DNA of 64,000 bases from Candidatus Hydrogenedentota bacterium (GCA_963674865.2 CAXXYE010000004.1:352001-416000); one strand, 5' to 3'; shown: positions 10,533 to 20,010, counted from the stretch's first letter. A program made the numbers and translations. The notes: a model not told the origin generated them from the letters alone.

Positions 10533-11466
10533 GCGATGGCCGGATGATTCGCCTGACGGGGCCGCCGGGATGCGGTTTGTCTGACTTGATGACAGGATTG
10601 GCGAGATGGACTCTCTTGCGCGGCAGGCGCAGCGCGAAATCGTGTCAATCCTGTAGATCCTGTCAACGTACACTCCCAGGGATTGCGCGAAATAGGTGCT
10701 CTGCGCTGCTCGGCGTCCTCTGCGTCTCTGCGTTTAGATCTCCCCGTTGGGCTTGCTGCTGTTCTTGATCGCAGAGCCGCGGAGTTCGCAGAGGGGCCGC
10801 AGAGGATTTTCATCCGAGCCTTCTCGCGACGTGCCTGTGTTACATCTTTGCTCTTGTCGTGGGCCGCATGTGCGATGGCCGGATGATTCGCCTCACAGGG
10901 CCGCCGGGAAAAGGACTCCTTGACGGGATGACAGGATTGGCGAGTTGGACTCTCTTGCGCGGCAGGCGCGGCGCGAAATCCTGTTAATCATGTAAATCCT
11001 TCAACGTACACTCCCAGGGATTGCGCGAAATAGGCGCTCTGCGCTTCTCGGCGTCCTCTGCGTCTCTGCGTTTAGATCTCCCCGTTGGCCTGCTGCTGTC
11101 TTTTGAGCGCAGAGGTGCGGAGTTCGCAGAGGGGCCGCAGAGAATTTTCATCTGAGCCTTCTCGCGACGTGCCTGTGCCTCACCTTTGCTCTTGTCGTAA
11201 GCCGGCCGCGCAATGGCCGGATGATTCGCCTCACAGGGCCGCCGGGATGTGGCTTGCTTGACGAGATGACAGGATTGGGGAGATGGACTCTCTTGCGCGG
11301 CAGGCGCGGCGCAGACTCTCTTAGTTGCTCAGAGCCCTCAACGTGTTCTTCCAAGGACTCTGCGGAAGGGGTGCTCCGCGTTGCTCTGCGTACTCTGCTT
11401 CTCTGCGTTTGGGGCGGCAGTATCTCAACGCAGAGGTGCTGAGGACGCGGAGAAACGCAGAGAGTT
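10533..11466. repeat. Tandem array of ~339-bp units: two full copies plus a diverged third
   Basis: ATGGCCGGATGATTCGCCT recurs at 10536, 10875 and 11213. Units 1 and 2 align along their whole length, and each holds two imperfect inverted-repeat pairs. Confidence 0.95.
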
Positions 11467-11960
11467 TCATCTAAGATCGTTGACGATGCGCTTGATCCCC
11501 TGCACAAGCGTGGATTCGTGGAAGTTGATGTTGAGGCCCAGACGGGTGCCGTTCAGCCGCAAGTACGTGAGCGTCTTCACGTGATCCAGCTCCGTCATCT
11601 TCTCCTTGGCCTTCACATCCACAATGACTTTCCCTTCGACGAGCAGATCGAGTCGCAGATCCGAGGCCAGCTTGACGCCCTTGTAAGCTATCGGCACCGC
11701 CGTCTGACGCTCAAACGCAATCCCGCAAAGATGAAACTCATGGCATAGGGCTTCCTCATATACCGACTCAAGAAGTCCCGGCCCCAGCTCGCGATGAACC
11801 TCTATGGCTGCACCAATCACCTGCTCAGAGATCTCGTTCTCATGCATCGCCTCTTCTCCGCTTCTTGCAGTCGTTCTGAACGCAGAGGGTCGCAGAGCCC
11901 TCTATCATGCATCAATTGTCCTCTGCGCTTCTCAGCGTCCTCGGCGTCTCTGCGTTAAGA
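11423..11960. repeat. 40-bp imperfect inverted repeats (11423-11462 and 11921-11960) enclosing the GxxExxY gene
   Basis: TCTCAACGCAGAGGTGCTGAGGACGCGGAGAAACGCAGAG vs reverse complement of the right arm TCTTAACGCAGAGACGCCGAGGACGCTGAGAAGCGCAGAG: 34/40 identical by manual count. Confidence 0.9.
11467..11847 (-). CDS. GxxExxY protein (PD-(D/E)XK nuclease-like)
   Basis: 126 aa with LGPGLLESVYEEAL (GxxExxY), RLDLLVEGKVIVDVK and GLNINF. Confidence 0.95.
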   Translation of the reverse strand: MHENEISEQVIGAAIEVHRELGPGLLESVYEEALCHEFHLCGIAFERQTAVPIAYKGVKLASDLRLDLLVEGKVIVDVKAKEKMTELDHVKTLTYLRLNGTRLGLNINFHESTLVQGIKRIVNDLR

Positions 11961-12015
11961 TCCACCACCGCCCTAAACGCAGGCGTGCTGGGTTCGCGGA
12001 AGGCCGCAGTGCTCC

Positions 12016-13929
12016 TCATTCAAGGGCTTTGAGGATCGCTTCCTTCGTCTTGTATTTGTCGCAGATGGTGCGGAGTTCATCGCGGGTGAGGGCGGCGGAA
12101 CCGGCCAACTCGAATTCGCCGAATTCGTCGACTGGGATGACGTAGTTGCTGGGGCCGAGTTGGTACGGCTCGACATCCTGCCACGGCCCGGCCTCACCCT
12201 TGAGCCGTACCATGGGAGGGCGTGCATACGATGCTTCGAGCGGGGCCAGGCGGACGCCGAGGGTCGCCCATAGCCGCGTCACCTTGCGGATGGGATCGAT
12301 GAATATGGGGATCGCCACGCGTGTGTCGCAGGCAAGGTCGGCGTCGCTTTCATACGCGTCGAGCCACGTCAGGGCCGCTTGTTTCGCGGCGTCCACATCG
12401 ACGGGCTCATCTTCGAGGAAGTTGGGCCGCATTCCGATGTCTTCACAGGCTACGAGGTAGAAGCCGTAGAAGCGTTGGCGCATGGCCGCGAGTTCGCTCG
12501 CCAGGTCCGTGCCGCGCTCGCCGCCTTTCTTGAGTCCGCGCAGGGCCTCGAGGCGTTCCACGCCGACGGCCGCCGTCAGGAAGTTCTCGAGAAATGCGTA
12601 GGCCCGCGCCGTGCGCAGATAGAAGGTGGCGCACGGCTCAACGCGCAGCCGTGGAGAGACAGAGTGCTCTGCGAAGGCAGTCGCTGGCGATTCGCGCAGT
12701 TCCAATTGCCGCGCATGGGTTTCGCGCCGTTTGGTGACGAGGGCCTTGAACGCATCGACTAGGCGCTTTTTGTACTTCGCCGTGAGCAGGAGTTTCTCGC
12801 TTTCCTGGCCTTTGGAAGGAACGAGCATGGTTTCGAGTGCATACACCTGGTACTGATACCACCCGTCTTCATCCTTGGGTGTGAGGTCCACCTCGCCGGA
12901 GCGAATGGCGCGAATCAACTCGAGCATAAGATCGGCCTCGGGCGGGAGGAAGTCAGTGAACACCTGGCCAAACAACTCATTCTCCCGGCTGGTGGACGGC
13001 GGGAATAGCGCCACGGCGCTGTTGTGCGCCCCGAGCCTGGCGGCCAGGGCTTTGAGGCCCTCATCCGTGCCGATCAGTGCGTCAACGGGCAGGCAGACAA
13101 GGGGATTTGTCAGCCGTCCGTAGAAGCCGTTGATGGTGCGGTAATCCTCGAGCAGGTTCGCATGCTCGGCGAGGACGGCGGCGATGGCACGAGGGGTGGC
13201 CAGATCATCTTCAGTGAATTGGAACTGGAGAAAGCGTGAGAATCGCCACACCGTTTCGAGTTCGGGCGTCCAGGTATAGAAGGCGATGGGCTTGCTGCGC
13301 GCTTCGTCACGCCGGAAGTCCGCGAGGTGCCTGTCCCGAACCTCTTGCTCCTCCGGTTCGAGCGCCACTTCGCGTCCCGCCAGTTTCAGGGCGGCGGCAA
13401 GGAAAGGTCGGGCCGGGCTTCCCGGGGGCGATTGCTCAAAGATGGCCTCGACGAGATCGGCGGGGGCGGGGGAGAGGCCAAGCGCGCCGCGGTAGCACGC
13501 CAGATCCAGCGCGGCATAGAGGCCGTCATCGAATTGCTTGGCCGCGCCGTCCAGCATGTTGGCGCTCGGGAGCAGTTGATGGCCGTGTCTCTTTGCCGCC
13601 TCGGCGGCTTGCGTGTAGGACGCGTGCAGGTCGAGGAGATCCGGCTCCACGTCCGGCTTGATGGCAGGACAGTCGAGCCTGATCACGGCGGCGCTCGCGT
13701 TCACCCACCAGTCGCCCAGGGGCCGGCTGTCCACCAGGTCTTCATCGAAGGCGGGATTCTTGTCCTCGAGCACGTCATCCACGAGGTTCAGGTCGTCCCG
13801 CGGAGGCGTCTCGTGGTATTCGGTTCTCGTCACGATGTCGTGCGTTACGAGCCACCAGACTGCGTAGCCAATGACGGCGATACATCCAAGCGTGAACAGG
13901 CAGCCTCTGAATACCGATTTGCGCTTCAT
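12016..13929 (-). CDS. Membrane-anchored hypothetical protein, possibly distantly DUF3160-like
   Basis: 637-aa ORF with one N-terminal TM segment; PIAFYTW and LRVEPCATFYLR loosely resemble DUF3160 motifs (from memory). Confidence 0.6.
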   Translation of the reverse strand: MKRKSVFRGCLFTLGCIAVIGYAVWWLVTHDIVTRTEYHETPPRDDLNLVDDVLEDKNPAFDEDLVDSRPLGDWWVNASAAVIRLDCPAIKPDVEPDLLDLHASYTQAAEAAKRHGHQLLPSANMLDGAAKQFDDGLYAALDLACYRGALGLSPAPADLVEAIFEQSPPGSPARPFLAAALKLAGREVALEPEEQEVRDRHLADFRRDEARSKPIAFYTWTPELETVWRFSRFLQFQFTEDDLATPRAIAAVLAEHANLLEDYRTINGFYGRLTNPLVCLPVDALIGTDEGLKALAARLGAHNSAVALFPPSTSRENELFGQVFTDFLPPEADLMLELIRAIRSGEVDLTPKDEDGWYQYQVYALETMLVPSKGQESEKLLLTAKYKKRLVDAFKALVTKRRETHARQLELRESPATAFAEHSVSPRLRVEPCATFYLRTARAYAFLENFLTAAVGVERLEALRGLKKGGERGTDLASELAAMRQRFYGFYLVACEDIGMRPNFLEDEPVDVDAAKQAALTWLDAYESDADLACDTRVAIPIFIDPIRKVTRLWATLGVRLAPLEASYARPPMVRLKGEAGPWQDVEPYQLGPSNYVIPVDEFGEFELAGSAALTRDELRTICDKYKTKEAILKALE

Positions 13930-14026
13930 GGGTTAGCTCCTCAGAGTACTCTGTAATCGGATTCACCGTTCGCATCGGACGCAGTGGAAATACAGGCCGC
14001 ATATCAGCCAGAAGTGAAGAATGTCC

Positions 14027-14791
14027 TCAGTGTTGAGCCCGAAATCCGCTTAGAAACTTGCGGATGCCTCGAATGACCTTGAGTGGCCGACAGGCTTTCG
14101 GCCTGTCCTTTGCATTGGCCGGAGCCTTGTTGAGTCTTTGCCCGCCCCACCCCCACACCCTTTCTTCCGCAGTCTTCTTGAATACTGTCAAGTTTCCGAT
14201 GTCGGCATGCCATTGATAGCTGTCTTCCGTTCGTAGAAACTCACAGAGCAAGCCTACCGACCTGATATGTGAGTCGTCTACGAGCAGGATGCCGCCCTTC
14301 TTCAGGCGGAGATCGATGTAATGCCAATCGACAATGGGTATGGGAAAGCTGTGGTTCCCATCGATAAGGGCGACATCGACCTTGCAGGCGCTATCGAGCT
14401 TCGGCAAGGCCGCGTCGGAGGTGGCATCCTTGAAGAGGAGCTCTCCTGTGGGCACATGATGCTCCTGCAGGAACTGCCGGATCATTTCGTTTGCCGTTAT
14501 GTCGGGATTCACACAGATATGCTTGCCGGCGTGGGCGGCAAACACGCAGGTCGACCACCCCCCTCCGGTTTCCAGCGTGGTACAGCTCCTGTCAACCATC
14601 TCCGCAATGTACTGCAAAACCTTGAGGGACGTGGCGTGGGAAGCACGTTGCAGACTAGCCGTATCTTGAGCCGTCTGGGAGAGGAAGCGCTCCGAACTCT
14701 TGAGGTCATCGGTGCCACTCTTTAACTGAAAGGCAGGAGAAAACGTCTCTAGCAATGAGATGATGCTGTTGCTATCCGTGGATTCAGGCAT
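14027..14791 (-). CDS. Class I SAM-dependent methyltransferase (Methyltransf_24-like)
   Basis: LETGGGWST, ALIDGNH and GGILLVDD motifs. Confidence 0.8.
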   Translation of the reverse strand: MPESTDSNSIISLLETFSPAFQLKSGTDDLKSSERFLSQTAQDTASLQRASHATSLKVLQYIAEMVDRSCTTLETGGGWSTCVFAAHAGKHICVNPDITANEMIRQFLQEHHVPTGELLFKDATSDAALPKLDSACKVDVALIDGNHSFPIPIVDWHYIDLRLKKGGILLVDDSHIRSVGLLCEFLRTEDSYQWHADIGNLTVFKKTAEERVWGWGGQRLNKAPANAKDRPKACRPLKVIRGIRKFLSGFRAQH

Positions 14792-14855
14792 GAATGTCTA
14801 GCTCTCCCTTTGTTTCCGGGCCTCCGGGCAATCCGCACGCGTCTCGGCGGATCTG

Positions 14856-15194
14856 CTACTCCGAGGGCGACGACTCCTCATCCAGCAGGCCGATCCACTC
14901 GATACTCTCTGGCGGGAGCCAAAGAACATTGGCCCAGCCACCGGCTGGAGGCTGATCGAAACGCATCTTGAGCCAGCCATCGCTTCTCTCTAGGAGGACG
15001 GCCTTCGTGAAGAAATAGGGGATATCGCCCGTCTTAAGCACACGAATCTCATACTGCTTTCCTATCTCGAGAGGGGGAAGACGATCCGCCTCGCGGCCGT
15101 GGGTTTCCGTACCCACAAAGTCGCCGGTGCTTATGCACCCGGCGAATGCCAGGCACAACACCACGCTCAACGCTCCCAACGCGCGCCTTTTCAT
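14856..15194 (-). CDS. Putative lipoprotein
   Basis: MKRRALGALSVVLCLAFAG-C lipobox; AAGGAG upstream. Confidence 0.65.
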   Translation of the reverse strand: MKRRALGALSVVLCLAFAGCISTGDFVGTETHGREADRLPPLEIGKQYEIRVLKTGDIPYFFTKAVLLERSDGWLKMRFDQPPAGGWANVLWLPPESIEWIGLLDEESSPSE

Positions 15195-15256
15195 AAGCGA
15201 ATCTCCTTGTGTAAGGCGTAATGGCCCCACTTGTTCAGATGGCTCAATCAGCATCT

Positions 15257-15415
15257 CAGGGCGGATTGTAATCCGCCGATTCCGGTAAGACGGCGGGTCG
15301 CGACCCGCCCTACACCTGGCTTCTCATAGGCCGGTATCCTCCCATAGGACGTGTTCTTCTGGTGCTCCCAGGCGTCCACACGGTTCGAACAACGTAGGGC
15401 GGATTGTAATCCGCC
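15257..15415. repeat. GTAG-family REP-like palindromes (three copies)
   Basis: AGGGCGGATTGTAATCCGCC (15258-15277), GGCGGGTCGCGACCCGCCCTAC (15292-15313, inverted) and GTAGGGCGGATTGTAATCCGCC (15394-15415). Confidence 0.8.
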
Positions 15416-15621
15416 GATAGAGCTCACACGGTTCGAGAAAGGGGCAGGGACAGGTGCGGAGACGTAAGGCAGCGCCTGTGGCCGTGCGTATGCGTTGTAT
15501 CCCCATATGCGAATCATGGTGTAGCCCCTCCCAACACCTTGGGAAGAGTCTAGCACATTCACGGCGGCAAGGCTACGCCGTGTGTTGTACGATACAGGCG
15601 CGGGATGCGTTTAGCTCGGTT

Positions 15622-15942
15622 TCAGGATGGCTTCCCGGCTCGAACAGTGGGCGATTCGAAGGGAGACTTAACGGTACCTGTGAGGGCGCTGTGCGGCCGC
15701 AACTGGGCTGAGCTGACCTCGAACCTCTCGGGATTGCACGCACAGAAAAGCGTGAAACCTACGTAGAACGTCAACAACATCAACAGGAAGAGGACCAGTA
15801 AGGCAATGATCAGCGGCCGCCCTTGAGGATGGCCGCAGTTGCGGCAGAACAGGCTGTATGGACTAATCTGTGTTCCACAAAGCGTGCAACTGCGGAGTTG
15901 CGTGGCGGTTTTCTGATTGGCTTCAGGTGTTCCAGACATCAT
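15622..15942 (-). CDS. Small zinc-ribbon membrane protein
   Basis: CTLCG...FCRNCG followed by a TM helix; GGAGG RBS. Confidence 0.7.
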   Translation of the reverse strand: MMSGTPEANQKTATQLRSCTLCGTQISPYSLFCRNCGHPQGRPLIIALLVLFLLMLLTFYVGFTLFCACNPERFEVSSAQLRPHSALTGTVKSPFESPTVRAGKPS

Positions 15943-16090
15943 CTGCCCTCCTATAGCTCGATACGAGGAACATCACCAGGTTATGCCCACGAACAGGAAA
16001 GACTCTGGTGCGGCCTTGATCTTCCACGTGTTGTCATGCACGGCACACTTTGAAAGCTCCGCAGGATATCTGAGGATGCGTGGTTTGTGG

Positions 16091-17944
16091 CTAAGCTGAA
16101 GTCCTCCCAACGCTGCCACCATTGCGGCGTAGGACCTCTTCCGCCAGGTGTTTCCAGATCGACCTGACCACACTCGCGACTTCGAAATCGGCGTACTCGA
16201 GGAGCGTCTTACGCTGTATCTGCGCTTCGGTGAAGCGCGTATCGTAGGGGATGTTCGCCAGCATTTCCGCCCCCATCTGCTGGGCCTTATCAGCGATCTT
16301 GGCGGCGATCGCGGCATTCAGGTCGGCTTTGTTGACAATGACGCCTGCCGGAACGCGGAAATGGCGCGTCAATTCGAGAATCCGCTCAAGATCGTGCAGG
16401 CCGGATACCGTCGGTTCGGTGACGATGACGGCATAGCGCGCCCCGGTGATCGATGCGATCACCGGACAGCCCGTTCCCGGCGAGCCGTCCATGATGACGC
16501 CGCCCGTGCGCCCGGATTCGGAAGCGAGGTCCGTGGCCATGTTGCGGACGAGCGTCACGAGCCGGCCGGAATTCTCCTCGGCAATGCCGAGTATGGCGTG
16601 GGCCATGGGGCCGAAGCGTGTTTCCGAAGCGAACCACTTGCCGTTCACGGCGTCGGCGCTGGAAATAGCCTGCTCTGGGCACACCATCTGGCATGCGCCG
16701 CATCCCTCGCATGCGCTCAGGTCGATGGCGCACTTGCCGTCTTCCGTTCGCGTGATGGCGTCGAAGCGGCAGACATCCGCGCAGGCGCCGCATCCGGTGC
16801 ACTTGGCGGGGGTGATCTCAACGGTGATTCCGCCGACGAAATCGCCTTCCTCGATGACGCGTGGCTCAAGCACAAGATGGAGGTCCGCCGCATCCACGTC
16901 GCAATCGGCCACAACGCCTTCGTCCGCGAGCTGGGCGAAGCAGGCGGTAATCGAGGTCTTGCCGGTGCCGCCTTTGCCGCTGATGACGACGATTTCCTGG
17001 GGGCGCGGCGCGTTGGAGCCGGGCTTGGGCGCGCGCGCGCGCTTTCCGCCGGGCCGGAACAAGGGCTGAATCAACGCGCGCTTAGCCGGCCGGGGGGCGG
17101 CGGCCAGGCGGAGGGCCGTATCGAGGATATGGTCGAAATAGCGGCGATAGCCGGGCAACTCCTTGATCACCACGCCTCCCACCGAGTACACCTCGGCGAT
17201 CTGCCGCGCATCCGGTATCTCACCTACCACGTCCAATTGCGCCTCCTCGCAATACGCTTTGAGGGCGCTGTCATCCAGCCCGGCGCGGTTCACGACGATG
17301 GCGGGCTCTTGTCCGATCTCACGGCACATGTTGACGGAGAGTCGCAAGTCGTTGAGCGAGAAGGGGGTGGGATCCGTGACAAGAAGGCAAAGGTCGGCGC
17401 CCTTCACCGTCTCCACGGCCGAACAGGCGGTGCCGGGCGGCGAGTCGAGCAGCGTGATATCCGGCCCGCCGTGGTCTTTGAGGGCGTGTATCAGGCGAGG
17501 CGACATGCCGCCCACGGCGGTCTTCAAGAGTCCGTAGTGGAAACCAATGCTGCCGCTCTTACCATGTCTGAGTTCACCGATGGGCCTGTCCCCTTCGACG
17601 ACGGCGTCGCTGGGACAGGCTACCACGCAGGCGCCGCACGCGTGGCAAAGTTCCGGAAAGAACAGCACCTTGCCCTTGATCAACGCCAGTGCGTTGTAGT
17701 GACACGCCGAGACGCATTTGCCGCAAGCCGTGCAGGCATCCTCGTCGAAATGCACGGGCGTGCGGACAGTCATGGGCTCCGTACCATCAATTTCGGGCTT
17801 AAGGAAAAGGTGTCCGTTCGGGGCCTCGACGTCGCAGTCGAGGTAGGTAACGGCCTTTCCGCGTTCGGCGGCGAGTACGGCCAGGTTTGTCGCAATGAAG
17901 GTCTTGCCCGTTCCTCCCTTGCCACTGGATACAGCAACGTTCAT
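16091..17944 (-). CDS. Tandem fusion of two MinD-superfamily P-loop ATPases, each with an inserted 2x[4Fe-4S] ferredoxin domain (COG1149-like)
   Basis: Two SGKGGTGKT motifs, two DCDV motifs and four CxxCxxCxxxC motifs. Confidence 0.9.
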   Translation of the reverse strand: MNVAVSSGKGGTGKTFIATNLAVLAAERGKAVTYLDCDVEAPNGHLFLKPEIDGTEPMTVRTPVHFDEDACTACGKCVSACHYNALALIKGKVLFFPELCHACGACVVACPSDAVVEGDRPIGELRHGKSGSIGFHYGLLKTAVGGMSPRLIHALKDHGGPDITLLDSPPGTACSAVETVKGADLCLLVTDPTPFSLNDLRLSVNMCREIGQEPAIVVNRAGLDDSALKAYCEEAQLDVVGEIPDARQIAEVYSVGGVVIKELPGYRRYFDHILDTALRLAAAPRPAKRALIQPLFRPGGKRARAPKPGSNAPRPQEIVVISGKGGTGKTSITACFAQLADEGVVADCDVDAADLHLVLEPRVIEEGDFVGGITVEITPAKCTGCGACADVCRFDAITRTEDGKCAIDLSACEGCGACQMVCPEQAISSADAVNGKWFASETRFGPMAHAILGIAEENSGRLVTLVRNMATDLASESGRTGGVIMDGSPGTGCPVIASITGARYAVIVTEPTVSGLHDLERILELTRHFRVPAGVIVNKADLNAAIAAKIADKAQQMGAEMLANIPYDTRFTEAQIQRKTLLEYADFEVASVVRSIWKHLAEEVLRRNGGSVGRTSA

Positions 17945-17992
17945 CCTGCGCTCCTTGTTGTTGATGCGCGCCCGGGGAGGGCGTGTTCACTC

Positions 17993-18352
17993 TCAGAATT
18001 GGCCCGTCGAAAGCAGCACGAGGGTGCAGGCCTCCAACACCTCCACGCCTTTGGCCTCAAGCCGAGCGGCAAGGCCCGGATTCTCGGCGCCGGGATTGAA
18101 GATGATGCGCCGTGCGTTGCAGTCCTCGATGTCCCCGGCGATCTTGTCCGAGCGCGCGGCTGAGAGGTAGACGGTGATTGTGTCCACCGGCTCGGTGATA
18201 TCGCTCAGGCTCTTGAAGACGGGAGTGCCTTCTATGTCATCGATGCCCGGATGAACCGGGAAAGGGACATGGCCCTTTTCCTGGAGCATCTTGACGGCCT
18301 TGTAGCTATAGCGATCCGGCTTCTTGCTGGCGCCGAGTACGGCCACGTTCAT
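17993..18352 (-). CDS. CoA-binding protein (YccU-like)
   Basis: VAVLGASKKPDRYS, IIFNPGAEN and EACTLV motifs. Confidence 0.85.
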   Translation of the reverse strand: MNVAVLGASKKPDRYSYKAVKMLQEKGHVPFPVHPGIDDIEGTPVFKSLSDITEPVDTITVYLSAARSDKIAGDIEDCNARRIIFNPGAENPGLAARLEAKGVEVLEACTLVLLSTGQF

Positions 18353-18463
18353 CGCTCTCTCCCTTTCGCTAAGTAGCGGCCTATTGGATAGAGGCCTATG
18401 CCGGTGGCAGCACCAAACTTCAGACTTCCATGCCGGCTTCAACTGCGCAGTCGGCAGCAACCA

Positions 18464-19114
18464 CTACCCGTTCGTGTCGCCCTGCAGTTGCTTGATGCGT
18501 TCGCTCAGCTCCTGGAGGCCCTGGGACATGGCCGCGGCCTGCTGTTTGAGCATGGCCAATTCCTCGTCCTTGCTCAGATCAGGCCCCGCCTGTGCGCCCG
18601 GCTCAAGGCTGACGGGGTCCGAGGGGCCTACGCCCATATCCATGCCACGGCCCATGCCGCGGCCGCCTCCGCCTCCCATGCCCATGCCACGGCCCATCCC
18701 TCGGCCGCCGCCGCCTCCCATGCCCATGCCGCGCCCCATGCCCCCGGCCATGCCGAAATGACTGGCCACGTTGGGGGCTGCGGTGCTGTCGAGATTGCCC
18801 GCCTTGAATTGCTCGACAACTTCGCGAACAGGCCCGGAACAGCCTACGATGATCTGAATGCCTGCCGCGGAAAGCGTTTGGTAAGCGTTCGGCCCGCAAT
18901 TTCCCGTCAGGACAAATCGAGCGTCCTTGTCGGCCATCAGCTGCCCGGACTGAATGCCCGCGCCGCCGCCCAAGCTGACATTCGGATTCTCAACGGCCTC
19001 AACCTCCATGGTGTCCGTGTCGACAATGAGGAAGAACGGGCATCGGCCGAACCTCGGATCCACCTGCGCATCCAAAGATGCGCCGTTTGTGGTGATAGCA
19101 ATCTTCATATTCAT
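18464..19114 (-). CDS. NifB/NifX family FeMo-cofactor-binding protein with a Gly/Met-rich, DUF5320-like coiled-coil tail
   Basis: VDPRFGRCPFF and LTGNCGPNA motifs; GMGRGMGMGGGGGR repeats; C-terminal coiled coil. Confidence 0.85.
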   Translation of the reverse strand: MNMKIAITTNGASLDAQVDPRFGRCPFFLIVDTDTMEVEAVENPNVSLGGGAGIQSGQLMADKDARFVLTGNCGPNAYQTLSAAGIQIIVGCSGPVREVVEQFKAGNLDSTAAPNVASHFGMAGGMGRGMGMGGGGGRGMGRGMGMGGGGGRGMGRGMDMGVGPSDPVSLEPGAQAGPDLSKDEELAMLKQQAAAMSQGLQELSERIKQLQGDTNG

Positions 19115-20010
19115 CGCTCCTTTCGACGCGTTGCTGTGGCCATCGGCCTCGCCACGGAATGGTTTGACCTGCGCAGAACCAATTCTCCGACGGTGCATCC
19201 CATATCATCAGCAATAACAGGACACTTTGCCTTCAAGGCGAAGAAGATGTCCCTTTTCGCTTCGCTTAACGTCTCATAGTTGCCTTGCCCCTTGGCGATA
19301 ACCAAGTCGGCGTCGTCGAAGCGCCGGCGGAAGGATTCGCTGCAGTCCTCGATGATGGTGCCAGGCGCATCCGAGCCGTTGTCGATCACCTCGACGATTT
19401 CGGTGAGGCCCGCGGCGAGGGCATCGCTCCTTGTAGCGTCGTTGATTACGGGCGCCCCGCGCACGGCAAGCGTCACCTTCTCCAGTGTGAGCTGTTCCAC
19501 CAAGAGCCGATCAAAGACAATCTCCCCGGCGTTATCGGCCAGGTAAAGGATGTTGTCTGCTGCATGAATGGCCTCGGCGAAGGCGTCGATGTCACCGTTG
19601 AAGGGAGCCGCGAGGGCTTCCGCCATAGCCTCGTCGATGTCTCTTTGGCTGACGTGTTGATTCACGGCCACATCGATGATGTTGCCGGCTATTGCCAGGC
19701 GCGTGGCGGCTTCCAAGGGATTGGCGGAGCGTTTCACGCGCGATTTCAGCGCGGGATACAGCGCGCGAGCGAGTTCATTCGAGTGTTCCTTCATCTCACG
19801 GTATGGATCGCCTTCACCCACGCGCTCGCGTATGAAGCGATGGATTGTCCGGCCCATGGCCGGGGGAGAGGTGCGCATGTCCATGGCGCTGGCAGCCCGC
19901 AGTGTCTCCCGCAGTACCTCCTCCTGAATCGCCTCATCGTCCGTTGCGCGCCGAACAGCGTCCAGCGCTTGCCGTACAAAGCACGGAATGCAGTCGAAAA
20001 AGGTCCTCAT
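19111..20010 (-). CDS. DUF89/ARMT1-like damage-control phosphatase
   Basis: DCIPC, GNIID, LADNAGEIVFD and IAKGQGNYETL motifs. Confidence 0.9.
   Translation of the reverse strand: MRTFFDCIPCFVRQALDAVRRATDDEAIQEEVLRETLRAASAMDMRTSPPAMGRTIHRFIRERVGEGDPYREMKEHSNELARALYPALKSRVKRSANPLEAATRLAIAGNIIDVAVNQHVSQRDIDEAMAEALAAPFNGDIDAFAEAIHAADNILYLADNAGEIVFDRLLVEQLTLEKVTLAVRGAPVINDATRSDALAAGLTEIVEVIDNGSDAPGTIIEDCSESFRRRFDDADLVIAKGQGNYETLSEAKRDIFFALKAKCPVIADDMGCTVGELVLRRSNHSVARPMATATRRKER

Noticed and set aside
10533..11466. Tandem units as a CRISPR array, DGR template repeats or coding repeats (ORFs 10193-10813, 10433-10768, 11148-11507, 11221-11442)
   Set aside because: There are no unique spacers and no reverse transcriptase, and reading frames are not preserved between units (periods 339 and 338).
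11423..11960. Classical IS or MITE
   Set aside because: The enclosed gene is not a recognised transposase, no target-site duplication is evident, and further motif copies lie outside the inverted pair.
18640..18755. Short tandem DNA repeats as a separate element
   Set aside because: They encode the GMGRGMGMGGGGGR low-complexity linker of the NifB/NifX protein.
18464..19114. Evidence of nitrogen fixation
   Set aside because: NifB/NifX-like domains are common in non-diazotrophs, and no nifHDK genes are in the window.
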